From a virus (Duplodnaviria > Caudoviricetes): a stretch of 54,647 bases of DNA. The position numbers and the translations under genes were made by a program. The DNA lies in the IMG/VR virus record IMGVR_UViG_3300048589_001642, positions 1 to 54,647 of that record, one strand, 5' to 3'. Numbering within the stretch: position 1 is the stretch's first letter; each line of letters starts with the position of its first letter. A model generated the notes under the pieces. The model was not told where the DNA came from. It made no database searches and worked only from the letters and a program-made list of their open reading frames with translations. Below, piece by piece: positions 54,495 through 54,647 of the stretch.

Positions 54495-54525
54495 AAGATA
54501 CCCCGTGATGCACGGGTGAGGTCAA
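54495..54525 (-). promoter_or_regulatory. Leaderless integrase promoter
   Basis: TTGACC-N19-TATCTT-N6-ATG; the spacer contains CCCGTG-CAT-CACGGG. Confidence 0.55.
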
Positions 54526-54527
54526 CG

Positions 54528-54647
54528 TCACTTCTCGACGAGCGTCCAGCGCTCGAGGGCCGCGTCGAGGTGCTCGCGCCGGATGAAGCAGCGGCGCACC
54601 CCGGGGACGCGGACGGTCGGCAGCTCGCGGAAGATCGCGTCGGCCAT
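54528..54647 (-). CDS. Excisionase-like protein (probably 5'-truncated by the window)
   Basis: ...IFRELPTVRVPGVRRCFIRREHLDAALERW; upstream of the integrase. Confidence 0.65.
   Translation of the reverse strand: MADAIFRELPTVRVPGVRRCFIRREHLDAALERWTLVEK

Larger units (their letters stand above)
1..54647. mobile_element. Temperate siphovirus genome (near complete; actinobacterial-type host inferred)
   Basis: Integrase, XRE repressor, terminase, portal, capsid, tape measure and amidase endolysin in canonical order; no host housekeeping genes; very high GC, Rpf domain and Gram-positive SOS boxes point to Actinomycetota. Confidence 0.95.

Overview
The whole window is a near-complete, very GC-rich temperate siphovirus genome of actinobacterial type. 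No host genes, rRNA, tRNA or CRISPR array are visible. Almost all genes lie on the minus strand. Reading right to left: excisionase-like gene, tyrosine integrase and candidate attP; an early/replication operon (RusA, HNH, Rep with internal iterons, helicase loader, secreted Rpf-like transglycosylase, broken DNA methyltransferase, secreted proteins, xDAA-repeat protein); terminase, portal, MuF, protease, capsid and tail tube; a methyltransferase plus three glycosyltransferases; tail genes and tape measure; lysis genes; an SOS-box operon with an FtsK-HTH-HNH-transmembrane fusion; the immunity region; an ERF recombinase; and a second xDAA-repeat gene that runs off the left edge. The best candidates for new biology are: (i) a virion glycosylation/methylation module with C-terminal Gly-Ser tags on at least four structural proteins; (ii) the membrane-anchored translocase-nuclease fusion; (iii) a stand-alone secreted Rpf; (iv) a counter-oriented, repeat-bounded gene cassette in the head module; (v) several genome-wide cis motifs. 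All product calls come from motif recognition by eye, without database searches. Several single-base indels may be sequencing errors.
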